Shown here: positions 1 through 9,394 of the stretch, one piece after another
How the letters are laid out: each line of letters begins with the position of its first letter
How positions within the stretch are numbered: position 1 is the stretch's first letter
Source of the DNA: an uncultured Roseicyclus sp.
GTDB taxonomy: Bacteria; Pseudomonadota; Alphaproteobacteria; Rhodobacterales; Rhodobacteraceae
Assembly (NCBI GenBank): GCA_947500415.1
Contig: CANMRT010000001.1
Location: 210,982 to 274,981, forward strand
DNA length: 64,000 nucleotides
Reading direction: 5' to 3'
The notes under the pieces: generated by a model
The model's database searches: none
The model's input: only the letters and a program-made list of their open reading frames with translations
What the model was told of the DNA's origin: nothing
Program-made: the position numbers and the translations under genes

Positions 1-444
1 CCGCAGGGTTTCGCTTTCCGGCAACAGGTCAAAAGTCAGAGCAACCATCTGCGCCATGCCCGCCGCGTCGGGCGCGTCCAATCCTGCCGGCGGTGGCGCG
101 CTAAGGCTGGGCAACATTGCTGCGGTCGCCTCGAAGGCTGAGCGTGCCGTCTCATGGTCGTCGACGAGAAGGCGCGAGAGGGTTGTGTCGCCCAGATCTT
201 CCAACAACAGCAAACCCGTGCTTTCATCAACGGCGAATTCAGAAGGTGCAGATAGACCCAGACCCCGCAAGTGAGCTCCGATGCGGCGAAAGCGGGCGAG
301 ATTTTCAGGGTCCGTGTCCTCCATAAGAATGGCCCGCCTGGAGCCATCAGAAAGGCGTGTGTAACGGCGCGAAGAGGCATCGCCTGCCAACGATGTGCGT
401 GTTGCACCACCCCAACCGACACTTCCCAGAAAGCTATCGATCAT
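1..444 (-). CDS. amgK: Aminoglycoside-phosphotransferase-fold kinase (AmgK-like N-acetylmuramate/GlcNAc kinase); 5' part, runs off the window
   Basis: Not in the ORF track. Manual translation from ATG 444 gives MIDSFLGSVGW...LAGDASSRRYTRL...LLLLEDLGD. The ATG overlaps the tsaE stop (ATGA), matching the usual tsaE-amgK order. Confidence 0.8.
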   Translation of the reverse strand, partial: MIDSFLGSVGWGGATRTSLAGDASSRRYTRLSDGSRRAILMEDTDPENLARFRRIGAHLRGLGLSAPSEFAVDESTGLLLLEDLGDTTLSRLLVDDHETARSAFEATAAMLPSLSAPPPAGLDAPDAAGMAQMVALTFDLLPESETLR

Positions 445-971
445 TCGGACAGTGCCTTGGTAAGTCGAGCAGCGGGCGGTTGATCGTCGCGGCCATAGAG
501 TGTCGCTTGCCGGGTGTCATCGGCCTGTCGCTCCAGATGAAGCAGGTACGCATCAGGCCAATCGGGTGCCATGCGGTCCGGCCATTCGATGAGGCAAAGG
601 GCCGCTCCAAGGGCGTCATCCAGGCCCAGTTCCAAAAGCTCCTGCGGGTCTGCAAGGCGGTACAGGTCCGCGTGCCAAACCTCGCCTTTGGGCGTGTCGT
701 AGGTTTGCACGAGTGTGAACGTGGGGCTTGGTACTGGCTCATCCGCGCGGCCAGTCCAGGCGCGGATCAAAGCACGGGCGATGTGAGTTTTGCCCGCACC
801 AAGCGCGCCCGAAAGAAGTAACGTTTCGCCGGGTTGCAACGCCGCGGCGAGTCGAGCGGCCAACGCATCCGAGGCGTTCTCATCCGGCAAGGCACGTTGC
901 GCCAGGACCGGCCAGTTCGGCAGGACAGGCACATCATCGGTCGGCAAGGAAACGGGGGTGGAACGCGTCAT
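441..971 (-). CDS. tsaE: tRNA threonylcarbamoyladenosine biosynthesis ATPase
   Basis: Walker A GALGAGKT, then VPSPTFTLVQTY and HADLYRL motifs. Confidence 0.93.
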   Translation of the reverse strand: MTRSTPVSLPTDDVPVLPNWPVLAQRALPDENASDALAARLAAALQPGETLLLSGALGAGKTHIARALIRAWTGRADEPVPSPTFTLVQTYDTPKGEVWHADLYRLADPQELLELGLDDALGAALCLIEWPDRMAPDWPDAYLLHLERQADDTRQATLYGRDDQPPAARLTKALSE

Positions 972-1031
972 GGTAAGCGCAAGTTATCGCACTTTCAGAC
1001 AAACCTGAATCACTTAAAGGGACATCTCATG

Positions 1032-2699
1032 TTACGCTGATTTCGCAGCGCTTTCGGGGCGTCTCGCTGCCCTTGCAGCGTCGATCAGCGGAGTCTCGGC
1101 AGAAGGCCCAAGACCGCCAAGCGGATCAATCATACTGTCATCCAGCGGCATGAATTGAATGACGGTTGCGCGCCCCCGTGCCGGGGCCATGCGCACGGCA
1201 AGGCGAAAGCCTTCGCGCGTGCAAACCTCCTCCACCCAAGGACCGCGTTCGATTTCATGGGCCACGAATTGCCGGATGTCGCCCCAAACGCCCGAAGGCT
1301 CGCAATGCGCGGCCCAGAGTGCGGTGGTTTCACCGAGGTTTGGCATCTGCTCGGCTGTGGCCGGGTCGTGACCCCAGAGCTGGGAGTAGCCCGCATTGGC
1401 GGCTTGCATTGTGCCATCGGCTTGAAACACCGCGATGCCGATCGGCACGGTGTCGAGCACCGCCTGCGACATGTCCAGGTCTGCGCGAAATTGCCGGGTC
1501 AGGGAAACTTCGGCGCTGATATCTTCAAACATGAAGGCAATGGCACCGTCGGGGTGGGGACGGCCCAGGACGCGGAAGGATTTGCCATCGGGAAGCTCCC
1601 ACAGCTCTTGATAGGTGCCGGTTTCTGCACCTTCCTCCAGACGCGCGATTTCATTTCGCCAAGCCTTGTAGTCACGCGGCTCTGGGATGCGATGCTGTTC
1701 CCGCAGTGCATCAAGGAAGCTGGTTAGATCCGGTCGGGTGGACAGGAAATCGAACGGTACGTTGGTCAGGTTCAGCAGCGCTGGATTGAAGGTGACCAGC
1801 TCTCGCCGTCGATCAAACACGGCCAACCCAATCGGGAGCGCGGCGAAGGTTTTCGTGGAGGTTTGCAAAAAGGTCCGGAGCGAGGTTTCGGCATTAACCA
1901 AACGATCAACGGGCTGCGCGGAAAAAAGGGCGGTACCGCCGGGCAAATGTTCGCGGCTGATCTCGAACCAGGCGGAGTCTTCGCGGTCAGGCAGATCAAG
2001 CTGGCAACGGCGGAGTGTGCCGTCGGTAGGCAATGGGTCCAATTGATCGGCGAAAAGTTGCGGCAAGGGCCAGCCGGGTGTTTCGCCATCGCGGTGCCGT
2101 TCAACCATGGCAACGTAGGCTGCGTTGGCCCATATCACGCGGCGACGGTCATCCTCGCGCCACATAAGGGTCGCGCCGCTATCAAGGGTGGCGCGTAAGT
2201 CGGCGAGTTCGGATTGCAGCGCCTCTAGCGTGGTGGCCTCGACCACCTGCCGTCCTGCGATTTCGCCAGCCGGACCAACGGTTAGAACCATGGCGTCGTC
2301 TTCCATCCGCCCGCCGATGGATACCAGATCCGACCCGATGCGCGCATCCAGAAGGAAGGCCTGACCCTTGTCAGTCAAAGCCCCGATCCGATCCGCCATT
2401 TCGGGGCTGAGTGGTGAGAGTGCTGACACGAGCTGACGAAAAGCTGATGAGCGATCTATGTCGGTGTCGAGGAAGGCATCGTCTGGATTGATCTCCGACA
2501 AAAGGTAGCCCTCACGGAAGCGGTAGCTGTGCAGGATGTCAGAGGCGCGGCGCGTGGCCAAGGGTGCGGAGGATGCCCCGTTGCTGCGCGACAAAAGCCG
2601 TGTCGAAAGCACGACAGCTGCCGCAGCTGTGGCAAGCACGATCGCCAAAAAGATGAATGTCGCGGCGTTTTCCAAAGCCGACCCCGTGTTCTGCCCCAT
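1032..2699 (-). CDS. divL: Membrane-anchored multi-PAS protein without a kinase domain (truncated DivL type)
   Basis: N-terminal TM helix, PAS-like repeats (VIWANAAY, VTFNPAL, AANAGY), no HisKA/HATPase domain. Lies next to regB as in R. capsulatus and has a CtrA box upstream. Confidence 0.72.
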   Translation of the reverse strand: MGQNTGSALENAATFIFLAIVLATAAAAVVLSTRLLSRSNGASSAPLATRRASDILHSYRFREGYLLSEINPDDAFLDTDIDRSSAFRQLVSALSPLSPEMADRIGALTDKGQAFLLDARIGSDLVSIGGRMEDDAMVLTVGPAGEIAGRQVVEATTLEALQSELADLRATLDSGATLMWREDDRRRVIWANAAYVAMVERHRDGETPGWPLPQLFADQLDPLPTDGTLRRCQLDLPDREDSAWFEISREHLPGGTALFSAQPVDRLVNAETSLRTFLQTSTKTFAALPIGLAVFDRRRELVTFNPALLNLTNVPFDFLSTRPDLTSFLDALREQHRIPEPRDYKAWRNEIARLEEGAETGTYQELWELPDGKSFRVLGRPHPDGAIAFMFEDISAEVSLTRQFRADLDMSQAVLDTVPIGIAVFQADGTMQAANAGYSQLWGHDPATAEQMPNLGETTALWAAHCEPSGVWGDIRQFVAHEIERGPWVEEVCTREGFRLAVRMAPARGRATVIQFMPLDDSMIDPLGGLGPSAETPLIDAARAARRPESAAKSA

Positions 2700-2720
2700 G
2701 GATCAGGATGGGTGAGAACG

Positions 2721-2736
2721 GTTAACGGGTAGTTAA
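2721..2736 (-). promoter_or_regulatory. CtrA binding site
   Basis: Minus strand reads TTAA-CTACCCG-TTAAC, a perfect TTAA-N7-TTAAC, about 22 bp upstream of the divL start. Confidence 0.8.
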
Positions 2737-2792
2737 TATTTTCAGCGAAGCCTTGCCGGTCTGTTTCTGCATTGGAAACAATGCATGAGGAA

Positions 2793-4220
2793 TCAGTGCA
2801 TTATTTGCTCATTTGGCCCTAGTGCGCCGCTGCCTTCGCTTGGGCGGAGAGCCGCGTCCGGCCAGATGACTTCAACCTGCGCACCGCGCGGGCCGGGATT
2901 GTCTTCGTTGGTCAGGAACGGATCGCTTGCATTTCGAAAATGAACTTCTGCCCCAGAGCGTTCCAAAAGTGTCTTGGCGATGAATAGCCCCAGACCCATC
3001 CCTTCGTATCCCGGCCGGGCGTCCCTTGCACCGGCCCCTCGGCGACGCAGGAACGGATCGCCAAGACGACCGAGCAGGTCCGATGGGAAACCAGTGCCAT
3101 CGTCCGTGATCAGCAGACGCATCGTCCCATCGCCCCAAGAGCCTTCGACCCAAACTTGTTCGTGCGCAAAATCGACCGCGTTCTGCACAAGGTTGCGCAC
3201 GCCGTGGATCACCTCAGGCTTTCGCCAGATATCAGGCTGTTGTGATGGATCTACATCTTCCTCTGACCTTGCCGGGTGGAAGTCGAATTGTAGCGAGACA
3301 CCCCGATCTGCGTGGGGTTCAGCGGCTTCTGTGATGACTGCCCCAAACGGCGCGCGACGCAGGTGTAGGTCGTCTTTCCCGGCCTGACCCATCGAGCGCA
3401 GGATATCGCGGCAACGATCGGCCTGATCGCGGATCAGAGCCGCGTCTTCGGCGAGGTTGGAATCTTCCCCAAGCTCTTCCAACAATTCCGTAGAGGCCAG
3501 TTTGATTGTGGCCAACGGCGTCCCAAGTTCGTGGGCCGCAGCCGCCACCACCCCGCCAAGATCCGTCAGCTTTTGTTCCCGGGCCAGCGCCATTTGCGTG
3601 GCCAACAGGGCTTGGCTCATCCGATGCCCTTCAAACGCAACGCGGCGTGCGTAGGCGGACAGAAACAGGATGCCGATCACGATGGAGGACCAGAAGCCGA
3701 GGATGAAAAGGCCCGGCAATTGCAGGACCTCGCCCGCAAGCGTCGTCAGCGGTAGATACCAAAGCCCGAGACAGGAAATGAGGACGATGGCCAAAACGCC
3801 CAAGATTAGGGTGGAACGGAGCGTAAGAGCCGTGGCCGAGATCGTGACAGGCGCGAGAATCAAAAGTGCGAAGGGGTTGTTCAACCCGCCAGTGAGGAAC
3901 AGCAGGAACGCCAGTTGCGCCAGATCGAACAGCAGCGTCAACATGGCGTCACGGTCGCTAAGTCGCTGGTTTTCCGGGAAGATCGACATGGCGATCAGGT
4001 TTGAGACGACCGATGCCCCGATGGCGAGGAAGCACAACCCAAGCTCCACCCGTAGACCAAGATAGAAAGCCGAGATCACAACGGCGACTGTCTGGCCCAG
4101 GATCGCGAGCCAGCGCAAAACCAGCAGCGTTCGCAACCGGACCCAGTCAACGCGGGCATCACCCTGCACCAGCGTCAGGGCCGGATCTTTCAGGGTGTCG
4201 GTCACGGCCATGCGGGGCAT
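2793..4220 (-). CDS. regB: Redox-sensing histidine kinase RegB/PrrB
   Basis: Six TM segments, quinone-binding GGLNNPF motif, H-box AAAAHELGTPL, DRCRDIL redox Cys, G-box GMGLGLFIA. Confidence 0.95.
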   Translation of the reverse strand: MPRMAVTDTLKDPALTLVQGDARVDWVRLRTLLVLRWLAILGQTVAVVISAFYLGLRVELGLCFLAIGASVVSNLIAMSIFPENQRLSDRDAMLTLLFDLAQLAFLLFLTGGLNNPFALLILAPVTISATALTLRSTLILGVLAIVLISCLGLWYLPLTTLAGEVLQLPGLFILGFWSSIVIGILFLSAYARRVAFEGHRMSQALLATQMALAREQKLTDLGGVVAAAAHELGTPLATIKLASTELLEELGEDSNLAEDAALIRDQADRCRDILRSMGQAGKDDLHLRRAPFGAVITEAAEPHADRGVSLQFDFHPARSEEDVDPSQQPDIWRKPEVIHGVRNLVQNAVDFAHEQVWVEGSWGDGTMRLLITDDGTGFPSDLLGRLGDPFLRRRGAGARDARPGYEGMGLGLFIAKTLLERSGAEVHFRNASDPFLTNEDNPGPRGAQVEVIWPDAALRPSEGSGALGPNEQIMH

Positions 4221-4307
4221 CCTGTCACATCAACGGGTTCGTGAATTGATAGGGCCGCGTGCCTAGGTATTCAACGGAGCAGAAGTTTTGGCACGGGAGC
4301 CTTCGAT

Positions 4308-4940
4308 ATGACACGGACCTACGCATTGGCCTCGGTCGCGCTGATCGGTACTTTGATGGCGGGCACGGGCGTTGCGATTTACATGGCGCAGGCGGGCAGC
4401 GACGACCAGTTCGCCCAATGCCGCCCGGGCGTCGTCGCAGGCGGCGCAGGCTCGGTCGGTGGGCCTTTCACATTGGTCTCTGAAACCGGTGAAACGGTCA
4501 CAGACGCGGATGTGATCACCGAACCCACTCTGATGTATTTCGGCTATACCTTCTGTCCTGATGTTTGCCCGCTCGACACAGTGCGCAACGCAGAAGCGGT
4601 CGATATCCTGGAGGGACAGGGGATCAGCGTTCTGCCGACCTTTGTGACCGTTGACCCGAACCGGGATACGCCGGACATCGTCGCGGCCTTCACTGACAAT
4701 ATTCACGAGCGGATGCTGGGATTGACCGGCACGCCGGAGCAGACGGATGCCGCAGCGGACGCTTATCGTGTGTACTACCAAAGCCATGATGACGGGACCG
4801 ATCCCTACTACCTGGTGGATCACACGGCCTTCACTTATCTGATGCTGCCCGAGGTTGGCTTTGTGGAATTTTTTCCCCGCGAAACCTCACCCTCTGACAT
4901 GGCCGCGCGCACGGCGTGCTTTGTTAACGCGGCAAGCTGA
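4308..4940 (+). CDS. senC: SCO1/SenC copper chaperone
   Basis: YFGYTFCPDVCP (CxxxC), VDPNRDT and VDHT motifs; divergent from regB. Confidence 0.93.
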   Translation: MTRTYALASVALIGTLMAGTGVAIYMAQAGSDDQFAQCRPGVVAGGAGSVGGPFTLVSETGETVTDADVITEPTLMYFGYTFCPDVCPLDTVRNAEAVDILEGQGISVLPTFVTVDPNRDTPDIVAAFTDNIHERMLGLTGTPEQTDAAADAYRVYYQSHDDGTDPYYLVDHTAFTYLMLPEVGFVEFFPRETSPSDMAARTACFVNAAS

Positions 4941-4976
4941 GGTCTGACGGCAGCGCGAACCTTCGCAGTATCACGG

Positions 4977-5006
4977 AAAAAGGGCGCCCCATCGGAGGCG
5001 CCCTTT
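4977..5006. terminator. Bidirectional intrinsic terminator
   Basis: AAAAAGGGCGCC-loop-GGCGCCCTTT between convergent senC and amtB. A second hairpin follows at 5014-5043 (TTCCGGGCCAC/GTGGCCCGGAA). Confidence 0.75.
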
Positions 5007-5054
5007 GAATTTGTTCCGGGCCACAAGGAGGAGTGGCCCGGAAGATTGTAGGTC

Positions 5055-6371
5055 TCAGCCCTTCGTGAATTCAGGGTAGGCTTCCATCCCCAATTCCGAC
5101 ACGTCGAGGCCGTTGATCTCTTCCTCTTCGCTGACACGGATACCCATGACTGCCTTGAGGATGAACCAGATGATCAGGCTGCCCACGAAGGTGAAGACGC
5201 CATAGGCGGCGATGGCCAGAAGTTGCGTGCCGAGGCTTGCGTCACCGTTGTAGAAAACGACGGCGATCGTGCCCCAGATTCCTGCAAACAGGTGAACCGG
5301 GATGGCACCGACCACATCGTCGATCTTCAGGCGGTCCAGCAGCGGCACCGTGAAGACAACGATCACACCACCGATGGCACCGATCCACAGCGCACCGAAC
5401 AGCGACGGCGCCAACGGTTCAGCCGTGATCGACACCAGGCCAGCCAACGCGCCGTTCAGCACCATCGTGAGGTCCGGCTTGCCGTATACGACCTGCGTCA
5501 GGATCAGGGCGGTCACGGCGCCGGCAGCGGCCGCCATGTTGGTGTTGGCAAAGATGCGCGACACGTCGGACACGTCACCCACGGTGCCCATCGCCAGCTG
5601 CGAGCCACCGTTGAAGCCGAACCAACCCAGCCACAGAATGAACGTACCAAGTGTCGCAAGAGCGAGGTTCGAGCCAGGCATCGGGTTGACCCTGCCGTCC
5701 TTGTACTTGCCAAGGCGCGGACCCAGAACAATGGCACCGGCTAGGGCGGCCCAACCGCCCACGGAGTGCACGACGGTCGAACCGGCGAAATCCTGGAAGC
5801 CCATCTGCTCAAGCCAGCCGCCGCCCCATTTCCACGAACCGGTGATCGGGTAGAGAACACCGGTCAACAGCACGACGAAGATAAGGAAAGGCCACAGCTT
5901 GATGCGCTCGGCCAACGCGCCCGACACGATCGAGGCGGTGGCAGCAACGAACACCAGCTGGAAGAAGAAGTCTGAACCGATTGACGCGTAGTCAAGCGCT
6001 GCATCCGCGGCAGCCACGCCTACCGGATCAAGTACGGTGATCTGGAAGAAGCTGCCAACATAGCCGTTGAAATCACCGGGATACATCAGGTTGAAGCCAA
6101 TCAGCCAATACATGATCGCGGCGACCGAATAGAGCGCGATGTTCTTGGTCATCTGCATGGTCACGTTCTTCGAACGCACCAGACCACCTTCGAGCATCGC
6201 AAAGCCCGCAGCCATGAAGAACACAAGGAAACCCGCCATGCAGAACAGCAGGGTGGTCATGATGTAGGGGCCGATTTCGTCAAAGGATGGCGCGGCATCC
6301 TGGGCGAAACCCATCGTCGGAAGCGCGACCAGAGCAAGCGCTGCGACGGGAAGGAGATACTTGTTTTTCAT
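5055..6371 (-). CDS. amtB: Ammonium transporter
   Basis: DFAGSTVVHSVGGW and DDVVGAIPVH (twin His), WFGFNGGS; directly downstream of glnK. Confidence 0.96.
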   Translation of the reverse strand: MKNKYLLPVAALALVALPTMGFAQDAAPSFDEIGPYIMTTLLFCMAGFLVFFMAAGFAMLEGGLVRSKNVTMQMTKNIALYSVAAIMYWLIGFNLMYPGDFNGYVGSFFQITVLDPVGVAAADAALDYASIGSDFFFQLVFVAATASIVSGALAERIKLWPFLIFVVLLTGVLYPITGSWKWGGGWLEQMGFQDFAGSTVVHSVGGWAALAGAIVLGPRLGKYKDGRVNPMPGSNLALATLGTFILWLGWFGFNGGSQLAMGTVGDVSDVSRIFANTNMAAAAGAVTALILTQVVYGKPDLTMVLNGALAGLVSITAEPLAPSLFGALWIGAIGGVIVVFTVPLLDRLKIDDVVGAIPVHLFAGIWGTIAVVFYNGDASLGTQLLAIAAYGVFTFVGSLIIWFILKAVMGIRVSEEEEINGLDVSELGMEAYPEFTKG

Positions 6372-6408
6372 TTGTCTCACTAACTTTGAATTTCAGGGAC
6401 GTCCGCGC

Positions 6409-6747
6409 TCAGATCGCGTCGTCGTTGGTCTCGCCGGTGCGCACGCGAACCGCGCTTTGCACGTCGAGAACGAAAATCTTGCCGTCGCCGATCTTGTCGG
6501 TCTTGGCGGTGGTCTGGATGGTCTCGACCACCTGATCAGCCATGGATGCGGCCACGACGATCTCCAGTTTGACCTTCGGTACAAAGTTCACGGCGTATTC
6601 TGCGCCGCGGTAGATTTCAGTGTGTCCGGATTGAGAGCCAAAGCCCTTTATCTCGGTCACCATCATGCCGCGCACGCCGATGGCGGTCAGCGCCTCGCGG
6701 ACCTCCTCCAGCTTGAACGGTTTGATTGCTGCAATGATGAGTTTCAC
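6409..6747 (-). CDS. glnK: P-II nitrogen regulator GlnK
   Basis: IKPFKL, GHTEIYRGAEY (Tyr51), IGDGKIFV, RVRTGE; GTG start; paired with amtB. Confidence 0.96.
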   Translation of the reverse strand: MKLIIAAIKPFKLEEVREALTAIGVRGMMVTEIKGFGSQSGHTEIYRGAEYAVNFVPKVKLEIVVAASMADQVVETIQTTAKTDKIGDGKIFVLDVQSAVRVRTGETNDDAI

Positions 6748-6904
6748 GTTTTGTCACCCCTTGCGGTTGTTGACTGTCCCCACGACCACTTGGCCGGGCC
6801 TTGAAAGCGACCCGGGACTGGGCCGGATACGCGGTTAAGACAGGCGTACGGGACGGGAAGGGCAACGAACGGAACCGGTTTTCACAGCCTAGCCGAGAGG
6901 CATT

Positions 6905-6950
6905 TGCAAAATTTTTGCGCAAAATTGGGTGAATGCGTAATTTTTGTGCG
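6905..6950. promoter_or_regulatory. Tandem NtrC-like sites upstream of glnK-amtB
   Basis: TGCAA-AATTTTT-GCGCA (6905-6921) and TGCGT-AATTTTT-GTGCG (6934-6950) resemble TGCAC-N7-GTGCA and are 29 bp apart. Confidence 0.5.
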
Positions 6951-7076
6951 ACGCGTTAATCGGCAGTGTCACGCTGCCCCCTTCGCAAGTGACTCGAATT
7001 TGCCTATCTTGGTCCCCAAATGAGGTTGGCCCTGGCATCTGCCACAAATGGCCCCCGATATGAGGCAAGACAGAAT

Positions 7077-9356
7077 ATGAGCCCATCTGGAAATGGCAGT
7101 CGCAGACTAGTGGCTGATCGCCGTGCAACGCAGACGCCGAAGAAACCCGCGAAGAAAAAGCGCGCGTCTTCGGGTGGTGGCAGCGGTGGTGGTCGCGGGT
7201 CTGGCAACGGTCGTCGTCGTCGGCAGCCACGGCGTAAATCCCCGCAGCGTGGCGGTATCCTGGGCTTTCTGGCCCGCGTGATCCGTTTCTTCTTCCGCCT
7301 GATCTGGGGTGTGATGTGGCGTGGTACGGTTGTGGTGGGCCTGCTGGTCGCCATGGGCGTGGGCTATTACTACAGCACGTTGCCTGAAGTGGATGAGCTT
7401 CTGGACGTCCGCGCGCGCGGGTCCGTGACCATGCTGGACCGCCATGGAGAAATCTTCGCCTGGCGCGGAGAGCAGTTTGGCGGCGCGATCGATCCGACCA
7501 ACACGTCGATCCATCTGGTCAACGCCGTGGTCGCCACGGAAGACCGGCGGTTCTGGTGGCACCTTGGCGTTTCCCCGCGCGGTATTGCCAGCGCGATGCG
7601 GATCAACATGCGCGAAGGACGCAGCCCGTTGCAGGGCCATGGCGGCTCTACCCTGACGCAGCAGACGGCAAAGCTGATGTGTCTGGGTCGGGATTATGAT
7701 CAAGACATCTGGGACAGCGAGGCTGCCTATGAGGCGGACTGCCGCCGTACGACCCTTTGGCGCAAGATCCAGGAAATGGTGTTCTCCTTCGCGATGGAGC
7801 TGCGCTATTCGAAATCCGAGATCCTCTCCATCTACCTCAACCGTGCCTATCTGGGCGCCGGTGCACGTGGGTTTGAGGCCGCATCGCAACGCTATTTCGG
7901 CATCTCTTCGACAGAAGTGAACCCGCAACAGGCGGCGATGCTGGCAGGCCTTCTGGTGGCACCCACGCGGTATGCACCGACCAACAACCTGGAGCGGTCG
8001 CAGGAGCGCGCGAACCTTGTTCTGGGACTGATGGAGCAGCAGGGCTACCTGAGCGAAGAGGCCGCAGATCGGGCCCGCGCCAACCCGGCGACATTGTCGG
8101 CAGCCGCGGGGCAGGACACGGGCGGTTACTTTGCCGATTGGATCATGTCGGTCGGCCCTGACTTCCTGACGGGCGAGACCACCGAAGATGTCATCATCCG
8201 CACAACGTTCGATCCGGAAATTCAGGCGGCAGCAGAGGCCGCGGTGGCCAATGTCTTCGCCAATCAGGTGAGAGAGGGCTCAACAGCCGAGGCCGCGATT
8301 GTGGTGATGAGCGCCGATGGCGCGGTGCGTGCAATGGTGGGCGGACGTGATCTGGCCGGTGGTGGGCTGTTCAACCGCGCAGTGCAGGCTTTCCGGCAGA
8401 CGGGATCGGCGTTCAAACCCTTCGTCTATGCGACAGCACTGGACCTGGGGTTTCGGTTTGACGACCTCGTGTTGGATGCGCCGCTAACGATCAATGTTCC
8501 GGGATCGGGCCCCTACAGCCCCGAAAACTACGATGGGCAATATCGAGGTGAGGTCACACTGACCGATGCATTGCGCCATTCGTTGAACACACCGGCTGTT
8601 CGATTGTCCGAGGAAGTGGGCCGCGATCTGGTCCGTACCGTGGCCTCCCAATTCGGGATCGAGAGTGATCTTGCGGCGGGGCCAGCCCTTGCGCTTGGCG
8701 CATCGGAATCGACGCTGATCGAGATGACGGGGGCCTACGCGGGCATCCTGAATGGTGGCTCTGCGGTGCGGCCCTTCGGTCTGACCGAATTGCGCCTTAT
8801 GGGTGAGGACAACCCGATGTTCGAACAGGACACTGGTATTCGGGAACGCGTGATCTCGGAGTTCTCAGCGCAGCAGCTGACTTACATGATGAGCCAAGTG
8901 ACTGCCGCCGGCACCGGCACGCGCGCGGCGATTGACGGTCGCCCGACGGCGGGCAAAACGGGCACCACCAACAGCGCCCGGGATGCGTGGTTTGTGGGTT
9001 TCACGGCGGAATACGTGGCCGGTGTCTGGATGGGGTATGACGACAACCGCCCGCTAAGTGGCGTGACAGGCGGCGGCCTGCCTGCCGAGATTTGGCGGCA
9101 AGCGATGGAGGAGATCCATGCAGATATCTCGCCCAGTCCATTGCCAATGATAGACCCGATTGCCGAAGCACGCCCGCCAGAGCAGCCGCAAGTGTTGAAC
9201 GCCGATGGTTTGGTGCGGGACGGGAGCGGTCAGCTGGTTGGGCCTGTGACGCCGCGCGGCACGCGGATCCCGATTGGAAACGCACAAGGGCAGGGCAATC
9301 TGGGCAATGCCATCAACGACGTGTTGAACCAGATTTTCGGACCGCGGAACAACTGA
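7077..9356 (+). CDS. Class A penicillin-binding protein (PBP1A family)
   Basis: Transglycosylase motifs EDRRF, GGSTLTQQ and RK-QE; transpeptidase motifs SAFK, SLN and KTG; basic N-terminal tail and one TM helix. Confidence 0.93.
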   Translation: MSPSGNGSRRLVADRRATQTPKKPAKKKRASSGGGSGGGRGSGNGRRRRQPRRKSPQRGGILGFLARVIRFFFRLIWGVMWRGTVVVGLLVAMGVGYYYSTLPEVDELLDVRARGSVTMLDRHGEIFAWRGEQFGGAIDPTNTSIHLVNAVVATEDRRFWWHLGVSPRGIASAMRINMREGRSPLQGHGGSTLTQQTAKLMCLGRDYDQDIWDSEAAYEADCRRTTLWRKIQEMVFSFAMELRYSKSEILSIYLNRAYLGAGARGFEAASQRYFGISSTEVNPQQAAMLAGLLVAPTRYAPTNNLERSQERANLVLGLMEQQGYLSEEAADRARANPATLSAAAGQDTGGYFADWIMSVGPDFLTGETTEDVIIRTTFDPEIQAAAEAAVANVFANQVREGSTAEAAIVVMSADGAVRAMVGGRDLAGGGLFNRAVQAFRQTGSAFKPFVYATALDLGFRFDDLVLDAPLTINVPGSGPYSPENYDGQYRGEVTLTDALRHSLNTPAVRLSEEVGRDLVRTVASQFGIESDLAAGPALALGASESTLIEMTGAYAGILNGGSAVRPFGLTELRLMGEDNPMFEQDTGIRERVISEFSAQQLTYMMSQVTAAGTGTRAAIDGRPTAGKTGTTNSARDAWFVGFTAEYVAGVWMGYDDNRPLSGVTGGGLPAEIWRQAMEEIHADISPSPLPMIDPIAEARPPEQPQVLNADGLVRDGSGQLVGPVTPRGTRIPIGNAQGQGNLGNAINDVLNQIFGPRNN

Positions 9357-9360
9357 GCCA

Positions 9361-9386
9361 GGCGGCCGGGGCTAAGCCCCGCCGCC
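9361..9386. terminator. GC hairpin between convergent PBP1A and ggt
   Basis: GGCGGC-C-GGGGC-TAA-GCCCC-GCCGCC. Confidence 0.5.
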
Positions 9387-9394
9387 GAGCTTGC

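Noticed and set aside
6780-6900. Sigma54 promoter for glnK-amtB
   Set aside because: No TGGCAC-N5-TTGC found on the minus strand; consistent with sigma70-type NtrC activation known in R. capsulatus.
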